Of a stretch of 25,312 nt of DNA, positions 7,059-16,532 are shown piece by piece. Origin of the DNA: a virus (Duplodnaviria; Heunggongvirae; Uroviricota; Caudoviricetes); IMG/VR virus record IMGVR_UViG_648276668_000012. One strand, given 5' to 3'. Position 1 is the stretch's first letter. Each line of letters begins with the position of its first letter. The notes under the pieces were generated by a model. The model had not been told where the DNA came from and did not search any database. It worked only from the letters and a program-made list of their open reading frames with translations. The position numbers were made by a program, and so were the translations under genes.

Positions 7059-9469
7059 GCCATGCTGATATGAACAACTGCAGCGGCTTTAACGAGGTCG
7101 CCGCAGCATTCTCATGGAACAGCCCGAAAAAGGCCATTAACCCTTATCTGGACCCGGCGGAAGTTGCGCCGGTTTCTGCGCTTTCAAACCTGATCACTCT
7201 GTACGCTGCCGATAACGAGCAGGAACAACTGCGCCGCGAGGCACTGAGTGATCAGGTCTGGGAGCGTTATTTCTTTAATGAATCCCATGATCCTGTCCAG
7301 CGCGAAATGAAGCAGGATAAGCTCATTAGCCGGGCAAAGCTGGCGCATGAGCAGCAGCGTTTTAATCCGGATATGGTCATTCTGGCGGACGTCAACGCCC
7401 AGCCTTCCCATATCAGCAAGCCGCTGATGCAACGTATTGAATACTTTAGCAGCCTGGGCAGGCCAAAGGCTTATTCCCGCTATTTACGTGAGACGATTAA
7501 GCCATGTCTGGAACGACTGGAGCATGTACGCGACAGCCAGCTATCTGCATCTTTTCGCTTTATGGCAAGCCATGAAGGGCTGGACGGCCTGCTGATCCTG
7601 CCTGAAATGAGTCAGGATCAGGTGAAGCGCCTGTCTACCCTTGTCGCCGCGCATATGAGCATGTGCCTTGATGCAGCTTGTGGTGATTTGTATGCCACCG
7701 ATGACGTTAAGCCAGAAGAAATCCGCAAGACATGGGAAAAGGTGGCAGCGGAAACCCTGCGTCTGGATGTCATCCCGCCTGCGTTTGAGCAACTCCGCCG
7801 GAAAAGAAACCGCCGTAAACCCGTGCCCTATGAACTCATTCCGGGTTCGCTGGCGCGTATGTTGTGCGCCGACTGGTGGTACCGGAAATTATGGAAGATG
7901 CGTTGCGAATGGCGGGAAGAGCAGTTGCGTGCTGTTTGCCTGGTCAGCAAAAAAGCATCTCCCTATGTCAGCTATGAAGCCGTGATGCATAAACGTGAGC
8001 AGCGCCGTAAGTCGCTGGAGTTTTTCCGTTCTCATGAACTGGTGAACGAAGACGGCGACACGCTGAACATGGAGGATGTGGTAAACGCCAGCAGCAGCAA
8101 CCCGGCGCATCGCCGCAACGAGATGATGGCCTGTGTTAAAGGCCTGGAGCTTATCGCGGAAATGCGTGGTGACTGCGCCGTTTTCTACACCATCACCTGT
8201 CCGTCACGTTTCCATTCCACGCTAAATAACGGCAGGCCCAACCCGACCTGGACAAATGCGACGGTAAGACAAAGCAGCGATTATCTGGTCGGTATGTTTG
8301 CTGCATTTCGTAAGGCGATGCACAAAGCCGGGTTGCGCTGGTATGGCGTGCGGGTGGCTGAGCCGCATCACGACGGCACAGTTCACTGGCACCTGTTGTG
8401 TTTCATGCGCAAAAAAGACCGCCGCGCCATTACTGCATTGTTGCGTAAGTTTGCCATCCGTGAAGACCGCGAGGAGCTGGGCAATAACACGGGGCCACGC
8501 TTTAAGTCTGAGCTGATAAACCCGCGCAAAGGTACGCCAACAAGCTACATCGCGAAATATATCAGCAAGAACATTGACGGGCGTGGTCTGGCTGGCGAGA
8601 TCAGCAAGGAAACGGGTAAATCTCTGCGTGATAACGCTGAATACGTGAATGCCTGGGCGTCTTTGCATCGTGTTCAGCAATTCCGCTTCTTTGGTATTCC
8701 GGGACGTCAGGCTTACCGTGAACTTCGCTTGCTGGCTGGTCAGGCGGCAAGGCAACAGGGTGACAAAAAAGCAGGTGCGCCGGTACTGGATAACCCGTGT
8801 CTTGATGCCATTCTGGCTGCTGCTGATGCTGGTTGTTTTGCCACCTACATCATGAAGCAGGGCGGCGTACTGGTTCCCCGTAAATATCACCTCATCAGAA
8901 CCGCTTATGAAATCAACGAAGAGCCGACCGCCTATGGCGATCACGGTATTCGTATTTATGGCATCTGGTCACCCATTGCAGAGGGCAAGATCTGCACTCA
9001 TTCAGTGAAGTGGAAAATGGTTCGTAAAGCCGTTGACGTTCAGGAGGCGGCAGCCGACCAGGGCGCTTGCGCCCCTTGGACTCGTGGCAATAACTGTCCC
9101 CTTGCTGAAAATTTGAACCAACAGGAGAAAGATAAATCAGCTGATGGGGACACCAGAACGGACATTACCCGCATGGATGACAAGGAGTTGCACGATTACC
9201 TGCACAGTATGAGCAAAAAAGAGCGCCGGGAACTGGCTGCAAGGTTACGCTTGGTGAAACCGAAACGGCGTAAAGACTACAAACAGCGAATTACAGATCA
9301 TCAGCGACAGCAGCTCGTTTATGAGCTGAAGTCCAGAGGATTTGATGGCAGCGAGAAAGAGGTCGATTTACTCCTTCGCGGCGGCAGTATTCCGTCAGGA
9401 GCAGGCCTGCGTATCTTCTATCGGAACCAGCGTCTGCAGGAGGATGATAAATGGCGGAACCTGTATTAA
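7055..9469 (+). CDS. A: Replication initiation protein A (rolling-circle nicking endonuclease, P2 gpA family)
   Basis: About 805 aa; contains the HxH-type motif 'VHWHLLCF' and a tyrosine-rich active-site region 'YIAKYISKN'; start ATG overlaps the dam stop (ATGA). Confidence 0.85.
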   Translation: MSHADMNNCSGFNEVAAAFSWNSPKKAINPYLDPAEVAPVSALSNLITLYAADNEQEQLRREALSDQVWERYFFNESHDPVQREMKQDKLISRAKLAHEQQRFNPDMVILADVNAQPSHISKPLMQRIEYFSSLGRPKAYSRYLRETIKPCLERLEHVRDSQLSASFRFMASHEGLDGLLILPEMSQDQVKRLSTLVAAHMSMCLDAACGDLYATDDVKPEEIRKTWEKVAAETLRLDVIPPAFEQLRRKRNRRKPVPYELIPGSLARMLCADWWYRKLWKMRCEWREEQLRAVCLVSKKASPYVSYEAVMHKREQRRKSLEFFRSHELVNEDGDTLNMEDVVNASSSNPAHRRNEMMACVKGLELIAEMRGDCAVFYTITCPSRFHSTLNNGRPNPTWTNATVRQSSDYLVGMFAAFRKAMHKAGLRWYGVRVAEPHHDGTVHWHLLCFMRKKDRRAITALLRKFAIREDREELGNNTGPRFKSELINPRKGTPTSYIAKYISKNIDGRGLAGEISKETGKSLRDNAEYVNAWASLHRVQQFRFFGIPGRQAYRELRLLAGQAARQQGDKKAGAPVLDNPCLDAILAAADAGCFATYIMKQGGVLVPRKYHLIRTAYEINEEPTAYGDHGIRIYGIWSPIAEGKICTHSVKWKMVRKAVDVQEAAADQGACAPWTRGNNCPLAENLNQQEKDKSADGDTRTDITRMDDKELHDYLHSMSKKERRELAARLRLVKPKRRKDYKQRITDHQRQQLVYELKSRGFDGSEKEVDLLLRGGSIPSGAGLRIFYRNQRLQEDDKWRNLY

Positions 9470-9562
9470 TTACGCTGGTTAACAATTCGTGCTCTTAATA
9501 ATACCAGGCATATCAGGCTGATGAGCGTAAAAAACGTTTTACATCAGTAAGATTATTATATA

Positions 9563-9578
9563 CTGTAAATATAAACAG
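9563..9578. promoter_or_regulatory. LexA (SOS) box CTGTAAATATAAACAG
   Basis: Exact CTGT-N8-ACAG with AT-rich spacer, 44 bp upstream of the ATG at 9622, overlapping an AT-rich -10-like region (TATACT). Confidence 0.6.
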
Positions 9579-9621
9579 TGGTTATGTGTACAGTATTGCT
9601 TGTGGTGTCATAGGAGGAAAA

Positions 9622-9810
9622 ATGCAGGACTATTTTTTGGAGTCTTTGAAGCTCCAGCGCATTGATTTTTTTCTTAAGCTTGTAGCGGCTAGTGAGTGTA
9701 GTGATGAAGAGAAGGGGCTGGCTCTGCAGTGGGTTTCTGAGTTGACTGATGAACTCATGGCAAAAATCAGAACTCACGAATACAACCGCTCAATGGATGT
9801 CATCAGTTGA
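9622..9810 (+). CDS. Hypothetical protein (62 aa), first gene of an SOS-controlled pair
   Basis: AGGAGG RBS immediately upstream of the ATG; preceded by the LexA box. Confidence 0.5.
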   Translation: MQDYFLESLKLQRIDFFLKLVAASECSDEEKGLALQWVSELTDELMAKIRTHEYNRSMDVIS

Positions 9811-9820
9811 GGTGACTTTT

Positions 9821-10054
9821 ATGCGCATTGAAATAATGATCGATAAAGAGCAGAAGATTAGCCAGTCTACCCTGGACGCCCTTGAATCAGAGCTTTACCG
9901 CAATCTGCGCCCCCTATATCCAAAAACGGTAATTCGCATCCGCAAAGGTAGCTCTAACGGTGTGGAACTGACCGGACTGCAACTGGACGAAGAAAGAAAA
10001 CAAGTGATGAAAATTATGCAGAAGGTGTGGGAAGACGACAGCTGGCTGCATTAA
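9821..10054 (+). CDS. tum: DinI-family protein (Tum-like antirepressor module)
   Basis: 'MRIEIMIDKEQKISQSTLDALESEL...VWEDDSWL' aligns by eye with E. coli DinI (MRIEVTIAK...ETWESADDWF); GAGGTG RBS; LexA box upstream of the pair. Confidence 0.75.
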   Translation: MRIEIMIDKEQKISQSTLDALESELYRNLRPLYPKTVIRIRKGSSNGVELTGLQLDEERKQVMKIMQKVWEDDSWLH

Positions 10055-10213
10055 GAAAAGTTGCTGGCGTCTGAACTTGGTTCTGGCGTCAGCAAGGTTG
10101 AACAACGAGTACAGTGAGGCGTTAGGTGTGGCGTTTATTTGATGAGTGAGCGCCCGTTCTGCGACAGGTTCGGAGATTAAGGTTGAAACTACGGGCAAAA
10201 TACCATCTTTTTC

Positions 10214-10639
10214 CTACTTAATTGAGTCCAGTAACAAGTTACAGTTACTCTCATTGTAGAGAGAACGAGCAATTAGTGTTACCTGCTTTCCATTCATTCC
10301 CGGCTTATCCCATAACACAGCTTCTTGCGACGCCACAAATTCAGCATAATCAATTATGCGTTGTTCGTGATCTGGTTCCTCATAGCCAAAGTATGAGAGC
10401 GCATCGTTGTAAGCGTGGTAAGCTGCTTTCTGTAATATCTTGATATCGGCTGTAGGTACTTGCTCCGTGTAGCTAGGATCTAATTGTGTGCTACTGCCAT
10501 AGAATGCACATGAAAGGTAAGATATTGATTTCTGTTGAGCTTTAGTTCCTTTCTCATAGTTTTTAGCTGTTACCGCCTGAACTGGGACGCTAACAAAGCT
10601 TGCAACCAGAATTAAAATTAATACGTAAAAGCTTTTCAT
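10214..10639 (-). CDS. Hypothetical secreted/periplasmic protein (141 aa) with N-terminal signal peptide
   Basis: N-terminus 'MKSFYVLILILVASFVSVPVQAVTA' is a typical Sec signal peptide; AT-rich; opposite orientation to flanking genes; at the P2 tin/old-equivalent position. Confidence 0.55.
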   Translation of the reverse strand: MKSFYVLILILVASFVSVPVQAVTAKNYEKGTKAQQKSISYLSCAFYGSSTQLDPSYTEQVPTADIKILQKAAYHAYNDALSYFGYEEPDHEQRIIDYAEFVASQEAVLWDKPGMNGKQVTLIARSLYNESNCNLLLDSIK

Positions 10640-10912
10640 TTTGACCTCAGCCGAAACGTTAGAGAGACTATCGAAATTTGTAAAACCCGTGGCGATTCAG
10701 TTTGAGATCCTCCCCCTTACATGATTTTTAATCAAATATATGCTTTTGTAAGCATACCTGTTAACCGAATTATTTATTTTTAGAGATCTTCCGACATACT
10801 GATTATGCCCGCTGAGGAGTTCACCTTGCGTAAAGTCCGATTCGCTTTACTCGTCTGTGCATGCCTATGCTGCATGAGATTGCATGATCGTTTGAGGATC
10901 GTTTTTGCTAAG

Positions 10913-10936
10913 GCCCGCCAGAACTGGCGGGCTTTT
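10913..10936 (+). terminator. Rho-independent terminator (GC hairpin plus T-tract)
   Basis: GCCCGCCAG-AA-CTGGCGGGC perfect 9-bp stem followed by TTTT. Confidence 0.5.
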
Positions 10937-10981
10937 GCGTAGATCATGCACCTGCATGAAAACCACTATATAAAGCGGGCA

Positions 10982-11000
10982 GGCGTGGCGGGGATACGAG
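10982..11000. other. Candidate cos (cohesive-end) site
   Basis: GGCGTGGCGGGGATACGAG matches the first 13 nt of the remembered 186/P2 cos 19-mers (GGCGTGGCGGGGAAAGCAT / GGCGAGGCGGGGAAAGCAC); GGGGATACG repeats 22 bp downstream; lies on the portal-gene side as in P2. Confidence 0.5.
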
Positions 11001-11087
11001 CGCGCGCTGATGGGGATACGGTGTTTTTAGTAAGGTTATGAGGTAGAATTTGACGCGGTTTTTTTAAGCATATTGAGGTGTAAATAG

Positions 11088-11633
11088 ATGGATGCTATTA
11101 CTGGATTATTGGATTTTTTTAGAAAGATTCCAACGGCACTTCTTGTAGCTATTACATGTGGTTTAAGTTTGATCCTTTTTTTGCCAGAATCTTTAGCTTC
11201 TAAAGTTGCGGTTGATGGTTTCCGTAAAGAATATAGAAATTTCATAGGACCAGCATTTTTACTGGCTGTCTCTTTTTTAGTTGCAAGAGTATATCAGTTT
11301 TTTCATGACCTATATGGCGATAGACAAAGGCACAAAGTACGTATCTCTTATTTGGAGAAGCTAACTCCTGAGGAGAAGGGATACCTCTGGTCTTATATAA
11401 TTGATGGCGAAAACTCACTAATGTGTGGTCCTGAAGATGGTGTTATGGGGGGGTTGGTTGCTAAGCGCATAACCTATAGAGCTGCAAACGTGGGCAGTAT
11501 GATTGACGGATTCGCTTTCAATTTGCAGCCGTGGGCTCGCGAGCATTTACAGAACAACACTCATTTATTAGAAGGAGCGGTCGGTAGGGCAATGACACCG
11601 GGTGAGAAACTAGGATTCAGGCGTAGATTTTAA
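11088..11633 (+). CDS. Hypothetical inner-membrane protein (181 aa, two N-terminal TM helices); possibly SieB-like superinfection exclusion
   Basis: Two hydrophobic helices (IPTALLVAITCGLSLILFL; IGPAFLLAVSFLVARVYQFF) followed by a soluble domain; lies between cos and portal gene Q, where P2 has no gene; lower GC than backbone. Confidence 0.5.
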   Translation: MDAITGLLDFFRKIPTALLVAITCGLSLILFLPESLASKVAVDGFRKEYRNFIGPAFLLAVSFLVARVYQFFHDLYGDRQRHKVRISYLEKLTPEEKGYLWSYIIDGENSLMCGPEDGVMGGLVAKRITYRAANVGSMIDGFAFNLQPWAREHLQNNTHLLEGAVGRAMTPGEKLGFRRRF

Positions 11634-11677
11634 CCAGTCGCACACAGGCGATGCTTGACTGGTTAGACAGGGATAAT

Positions 11678-12715
11678 CTATTCAGCGTTCAACTGGTAGG
11701 GGTCAAAAGATATTATTGGCTCATTTAACCATTCGTTAAGTTCTTCAAGTCGCTTTTGTAAAGGAATTAACTCATTTCGCACAAAAACGCGGCTGGCCTT
11801 TTCCACATCCCCAAAACCTCCAACATTATTTGGCATAATCCCCATCATTTGCGGCGGCACGCGGTGCGCCGCCATCATGTCATCCCGGCTCACGTTCTTG
11901 ATGTTTAGAAACTCATCCTTTGCTGCGACCTCTGACAACGGGATGATCTGAAGCCCATCCTTTTTGCCGTTAGGCGAGTACATAAACAGGTTGCGGAAGT
12001 TGCCCGGACCTTTGGCGCTTTTCATCGCGTTGCGGAGGTTGTTTACGTCCTCCTGGTTCTGCGCAGCATCGGTCATGTACATGATGAAGCCTGCATGACT
12101 GCCGTTAATGTAATACTTGCGGCGGAACAGCGTGGCGGACTCGTTGAGCAGGGCTGACGGAATGGCAGAAAGATAACCGGGCAGGCCGTAGATCTCCTGG
12201 TTAATGTCCGGTTCCATCAGATGAAAAATGCTTCCTTTCGTGAACTGATACGGCTGGGTTGTCATACCGTATTGCACAAACCAGTAGGTATCCAGGTCTA
12301 ACCCGCGTCGGGTGTATTTTGCTAGTGCAGGCTCAAGGGCGATAACTTCACCGAAGCGGTTCGTGCGTTTCTCCAGGTAGGCGTTACCAAATACCAGATA
12401 GTCCTGCACAAAACGCGAAAAAGCTTGCTGGCTGAGCAGAGGATGAGGGATATAGGTACTGGTCAGAATGTTGCACTTTACTGCAATCGGGGAACTGTGA
12501 TGCACGGCAGCGCGGAAGGTGCGCGCCAGTCCGTCAAAGCTGACGGGCGGCTCATACCAACGGTCCATCTGTACGCATTCCACATAGTCCAGTAATTCTC
12601 GGCGGTCCAGAACAGGAACGGGATCGCCGAAGCTGAATGCTTCGGCTGAAGTCTGGCTTTTATTCTGGTTCTGGTTCGTCGACGCAGTGCGGTTTTTCTT
12701 ACTCTTTCCCATCAA
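11678..12715 (-). CDS. Q: Portal protein (P2 gpQ family)
   Basis: 345 aa, size and position match P2 Q; 4-nt overlap with upstream terminase ATPase gene; leftward P-Q operon divergent from O-N-M-L. Confidence 0.85.
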   Translation of the reverse strand: MMGKSKKNRTASTNQNQNKSQTSAEAFSFGDPVPVLDRRELLDYVECVQMDRWYEPPVSFDGLARTFRAAVHHSSPIAVKCNILTSTYIPHPLLSQQAFSRFVQDYLVFGNAYLEKRTNRFGEVIALEPALAKYTRRGLDLDTYWFVQYGMTTQPYQFTKGSIFHLMEPDINQEIYGLPGYLSAIPSALLNESATLFRRKYYINGSHAGFIMYMTDAAQNQEDVNNLRNAMKSAKGPGNFRNLFMYSPNGKKDGLQIIPLSEVAAKDEFLNIKNVSRDDMMAAHRVPPQMMGIMPNNVGGFGDVEKASRVFVRNELIPLQKRLEELNEWLNEPIISFDPYQLNAE

Positions 12716-14478
12716 AAAATCTCCACAATATTGCTGGTATTGGCGGACTCGCCCTGCAGCGGTTCGTTAAACAGTGCGTGCATCGTTGCCCAGGCCAGAT
12801 CGGCGTGGCTGGCTTCTTCGCTGCGGCTGGCTTCATAGGTTGGGCGGTTGCCACTGGCGGTGGTTGCGCGACGGATTGCCATGAATGACTGCGCAATGTC
12901 GGTGTGCCCGGCGTCAAACTCCAGACGGCGGTGGCTGATAATGTCGTAGGCCTTGAGTACCAGGGCGTTTTTAACGTTGGGGTTGTAGACAAACTCCCGG
13001 ACGGCAGGAAAGAACGCTTTCACGTTCTCGTAAACCCCGTGACCAACGCCGGTTGAGTCGATACCGATATAAGTCACGTTGTACTGTTCGGTAAGTTTTT
13101 TGATGGCGTCAGCTTGGGCGCGGAAGTCCATCCCGCGCCACTGGTGACGCTCAAGAATGCGGAACTTACCACCCGGCACGGCTGGCGGTGCCACCACCAC
13201 GCATCCAGCGCTGTCGCCGTTTTGCGTACCTTTTGCCGGGTCATAACCGATCCACACTTCGCGCCAGCCAAACGGGCGCAGCGCCAGTGCATGAAAGTCG
13301 GTCCAGACTTCCCAACTGTCCACCATGCACGCCTGCAGCTCGCTGAGCGGAAACACGGACGCGAGATCGTCCACAAACTCGCACATCAGCAGGTTCTGGT
13401 ATTCGTCCGGGCTGTACTCCATGCGTAGCTGGTCGAGGTCGAACAGGTTACAGCCGCCGCGCACCGCATCTTCCACGGTGACTATCTGGCGGTATTGCCC
13501 GTCTGCGCACAGCAGGCCGGGGGCCAGATTGCTGTGGGACAGGTCGATGTCCACCTTATCGGCTTTGTTGCGCCCACGGTTGAACAGCGCACCGGACCAG
13601 AACGGATAAGCACTGTGTGTCAGACTGGATGGCGTGGAAAAATAGGTTTGTCGCCATTTTTTGTGAATAGCCATACCGGAAGCCACTTTGCGCAGCTCCT
13701 GGAATTTCGGTATCCAGAAATATTCATCCAGATACAGGTTGCCGTGGTAACTCTGGGCCGTGCGGGCATTGGTGCCGAGGAAGTAAAGCGTGGCCCCGTT
13801 AGGAAGCACCATCGGATCGCCTTTCAGCTCCACCTCCACTTCTTTGGCAAAGTCGATGATGTACTGTTTAAAGACGTGGGCCTGAGCCTTGCTGGCAGAA
13901 AGGAAAATCTGGTTACGCCCGGTCAGCAGGGCGTCAATCAGGGCTTCACGGGCAAAGTAAAAGGTCGCGCCGATCTGGCGTGACTTCAGCAGGTTGCGGA
14001 TGCGGTTGGTTTTTCCGGCTTCCCACCAGTGGCGCTGGTAGTTGAACATAGAGGAATGGAAGATTTCTTCCAGTTTCTCAATCTGTTCATCGGTAAAAAC
14101 ATTCTTTTCCGGCTGACGACGTGGGCCTTTGTTGCGGTTGGCAACGTTAGGGTTTAAGTCGGCTTCGTTGCCGCCATTGTTAAACTTGCCGATCCGCGCG
14201 TGGCGCTCAGACTGGCGTGCCAGCAGGTCAATTTCTTTGAAATCTTTCCCTTCTTTGTGCTCCTTCATAATGAGCTGGCAGTAGCGTGCGGCGGTGGTGA
14301 GCTGCATCTGATCCAGCGGCCCATAGTCACCCCACTTGTCGCGTTTTTTCCAGCTGTGAACGGTTGCAACTTTCTCGCCCAGCATTTCAGCAATGCGGGC
14401 GACGCGGTATCCCTGAAAGTACAGCAGCATGGCCTGCCGACGGGGATCGAGATCTGCGGGTGTCAGTGTGGTGTTCAT
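12712..14478 (-). CDS. P: Terminase large (ATPase) subunit (P2 gpP family)
   Basis: 588 aa (P2 P is about 590 aa); conserved position and orientation next to the portal gene. Confidence 0.88.
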   Translation of the reverse strand: MNTTLTPADLDPRRQAMLLYFQGYRVARIAEMLGEKVATVHSWKKRDKWGDYGPLDQMQLTTAARYCQLIMKEHKEGKDFKEIDLLARQSERHARIGKFNNGGNEADLNPNVANRNKGPRRQPEKNVFTDEQIEKLEEIFHSSMFNYQRHWWEAGKTNRIRNLLKSRQIGATFYFAREALIDALLTGRNQIFLSASKAQAHVFKQYIIDFAKEVEVELKGDPMVLPNGATLYFLGTNARTAQSYHGNLYLDEYFWIPKFQELRKVASGMAIHKKWRQTYFSTPSSLTHSAYPFWSGALFNRGRNKADKVDIDLSHSNLAPGLLCADGQYRQIVTVEDAVRGGCNLFDLDQLRMEYSPDEYQNLLMCEFVDDLASVFPLSELQACMVDSWEVWTDFHALALRPFGWREVWIGYDPAKGTQNGDSAGCVVVAPPAVPGGKFRILERHQWRGMDFRAQADAIKKLTEQYNVTYIGIDSTGVGHGVYENVKAFFPAVREFVYNPNVKNALVLKAYDIISHRRLEFDAGHTDIAQSFMAIRRATTASGNRPTYEASRSEEASHADLAWATMHALFNEPLQGESANTSNIVEIF

Positions 14479-14524
14479 GGCACAAACCTACAGCCTTGAA
14501 TGAAGGCTTTCCCCGCCTGCGGTT

Positions 14525-14542
14525 TGTGTGGTTGTCGGTACA
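14525..14542. promoter_or_regulatory. Candidate Ogr/Delta-type late-promoter activator site (TGT-N12-ACA)
   Basis: TGTgtggttgtcggtACA in the divergent P/O intergenic region, about 60-90 bp upstream of both start codons, as in P2 late promoters. Confidence 0.4.
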
Positions 14543-14620
14543 AATACCGCGCATTGTTTCACTGCCCCCATCACCGCAACCATAAGGCTCCAGTAAGTTT
14601 TTTCTAACGGAGCACGGCTC

Positions 14621-15454
14621 ATGACAGTGAAAGCAAAGCGTTTTCGCATCGGGGTGGAAGGTGCCACCACCGACGGACGCGAAATCCAGCGTGAATGGCT
14701 GGAACAGATGGCAGCCAGCTACAACCCGGCGGTGTACACCGCGCTGATTAACCTTGAGCACATCAAGTCTTATCTGCCGGACAGCACCTTTAACCGCTAC
14801 GGCAAGGTGACGGCGCTGTTTGCTGAAGAAATCACGGAAGGTCCGCTGGCAGGCAAGATGGCATTGTATGCCGACGTTGAGCCAACGGAGTCCCTGGTGG
14901 AACTGGTGAAAAAAGGCCAGAAATTATTCACCTCTATGGAAGTCAGCCCGAAGTTTGCTGATACGGGCAAAGCCTATCTGGTCGGCCTGGCTGCCACTGA
15001 TGATCCCGCCAGTCTGGGTACGGAAATGCTGACATTCAGCGCCAGTGCAGCCCATAACCCGCTGGCAAACCGCAAGCAGAATCCCGCCAATCTTTTTACC
15101 GCTGCAGAGGAAACGGTGATCGAACTGGAAGAAGTCCAGGACGACAAACCGTCCCTGTTTGCCCGCGTCACGGCGCTGTTTACCAAAAAAGAGCAGTCCG
15201 ATGACGCCCGGTTCTCAGATGTGCATAAGGCCGTGGAGCTGGTCGCCACTGAGCAGCAGAACCTGAGTGCGCGCACCGAAAAATCCCTGTCTGAGCAGGA
15301 AGAACGCCTGTCTGAGCTGGAGACTGCCCTGCAGGCACAGCAAACCGCCTTTAACGAACTGGTGGACAAGCTGAGTCATGAAGACAGCCGCCAGGACTAC
15401 CGCCAGCGTGCAACAGGCGGTAACGCCCCCGCTGACACTCTGACCAATTGCTGA
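14621..15454 (+). CDS. O: Capsid scaffolding protein (P2 gpO family)
   Basis: Blocks of identity with the remembered P2 gpO sequence (FRIGVEG..DGR, INLEH, YLVGLA.TDDPASLGTE, ATGG....TNC C-terminus). Confidence 0.88.
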   Translation: MTVKAKRFRIGVEGATTDGREIQREWLEQMAASYNPAVYTALINLEHIKSYLPDSTFNRYGKVTALFAEEITEGPLAGKMALYADVEPTESLVELVKKGQKLFTSMEVSPKFADTGKAYLVGLAATDDPASLGTEMLTFSASAAHNPLANRKQNPANLFTAAEETVIELEEVQDDKPSLFARVTALFTKKEQSDDARFSDVHKAVELVATEQQNLSARTEKSLSEQEERLSELETALQAQQTAFNELVDKLSHEDSRQDYRQRATGGNAPADTLTNC

Positions 15455-15470
15455 TGGAGCACAAAACCCG

Positions 15471-16529
15471 ATGAAGAAGAATACCCGCTTTGCTTTTAAC
15501 GCTTACCTGCAGCAGCTGGCGCGTCTGAACGGTGTGGCAGTTGAAGAACTGTCCAGCAAATTCACTGTGGAGCCGTCTGTGCAGCAGACGCTGGAAGACC
15601 AGATCCAGCAGTCCGCCGCTTTCCTGACGCTGATTAACGTCACGCCAGTGACTGAGCAGTCCGGTCAGCTGCTGGGGCTGGGTGTTGGCAGCACCATTGC
15701 CGGAACCACTGACACCACCGCGAAAGAGCGTGAACCTGTCGATCCGACGCTGATGGTCGATGTGGAATATAAATGCGAGCAGACCAACTTTGACACGGTG
15801 CTGACCTACGCGAAGCTGGACCTGTGGGCGAAGTTTCAGGATTTCCAGGTGCGTATCCGTGACGCCATCGTGAAACGTCAGGCACTGGACCGCATCATGA
15901 TCGGCTTTAACGGCGTGAAGCGTGCGAAAACCTCCAACCGTAGTGAAAACCCGCTGCTGCAGGATGTGAACAAAGGCTGGCTGCAGAAAATCCGTGAGGA
16001 TGCACCGGATCACGTCATGGGCAGCACCACCACGGGCGGCGAAACCACACCGGGTGCGGTGAAAGTCGGGAAAGGTGGCGAATATGCCAACCTGGACGCT
16101 GTAGTGATGGATGCGGTCAATGAGCTTATCGACGTGGTCTACCAGGATGATGACGATCTGGTGGTGATTTGCGGTCGTGAACTGCTGTCTGACAAGTATT
16201 TCCCGCTGGTCAACAAAGAGCAGGAAAACAGTGAAAAACTGGCTGCCGATATGATCATCAGTCAGAAACGCATGGGTGGCCTGCAGGCCGTGCGTGCGCC
16301 GTTCTTCCCGCCGAATGCGCTGCTGATCACCCGTCTGGATAACCTGTCCATCTACTGGCAGGAAGACACCCGCCGCCGTTCAGTTATCGACAACCCGAAA
16401 CGTGACCGGATTGAAAACTTTGAATCCGTTAATGAAGCCTATGTGGTTGAGGACTACCGCTGCGCCGCACTGGTGGAAAACATCCAGATTGGCGATTTCA
16501 GCGCCGCCGCAGCAGAAACCGGAGCGTAA
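15471..16529 (+). CDS. N: Major capsid protein (P2 gpN family)
   Basis: Strong similarity by recall to P2 gpN (TRFKFNAYL, FTVEPSV.QTL, GFNGVKRA.TS.RS.NP.LQDV, VGKGG.YA.LDA.VMDA). Confidence 0.9.
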   Translation: MKKNTRFAFNAYLQQLARLNGVAVEELSSKFTVEPSVQQTLEDQIQQSAAFLTLINVTPVTEQSGQLLGLGVGSTIAGTTDTTAKEREPVDPTLMVDVEYKCEQTNFDTVLTYAKLDLWAKFQDFQVRIRDAIVKRQALDRIMIGFNGVKRAKTSNRSENPLLQDVNKGWLQKIREDAPDHVMGSTTTGGETTPGAVKVGKGGEYANLDAVVMDAVNELIDVVYQDDDDLVVICGRELLSDKYFPLVNKEQENSEKLAADMIISQKRMGGLQAVRAPFFPPNALLITRLDNLSIYWQEDTRRRSVIDNPKRDRIENFESVNEAYVVEDYRCAALVENIQIGDFSAAAAETGA

Positions 16530-16532
16530 TCC

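Noticed and set aside
8222-8944. 240-aa minus-strand ORF
   Set aside because: Antisense within replication gene A; no RBS or conserved motifs.
10060-10097. Hairpin-like inverted repeat downstream of the DinI-like gene
   Set aside because: The stem needs two G-U wobbles, the loop is 16 nt and there is no following U-tract; not a convincing intrinsic terminator.
12699-14761. Several short ORFs on both strands overlapping the terminase gene
   Set aside because: They overlap the strongly supported P gene in alternative frames or antisense; Arg/Ala/Pro-rich low-complexity translations typical of out-of-frame GC-rich sequence.
15351-16013. 220-aa minus-strand ORF
   Set aside because: Lies entirely antisense to the major capsid gene N, whose identity is strongly supported.
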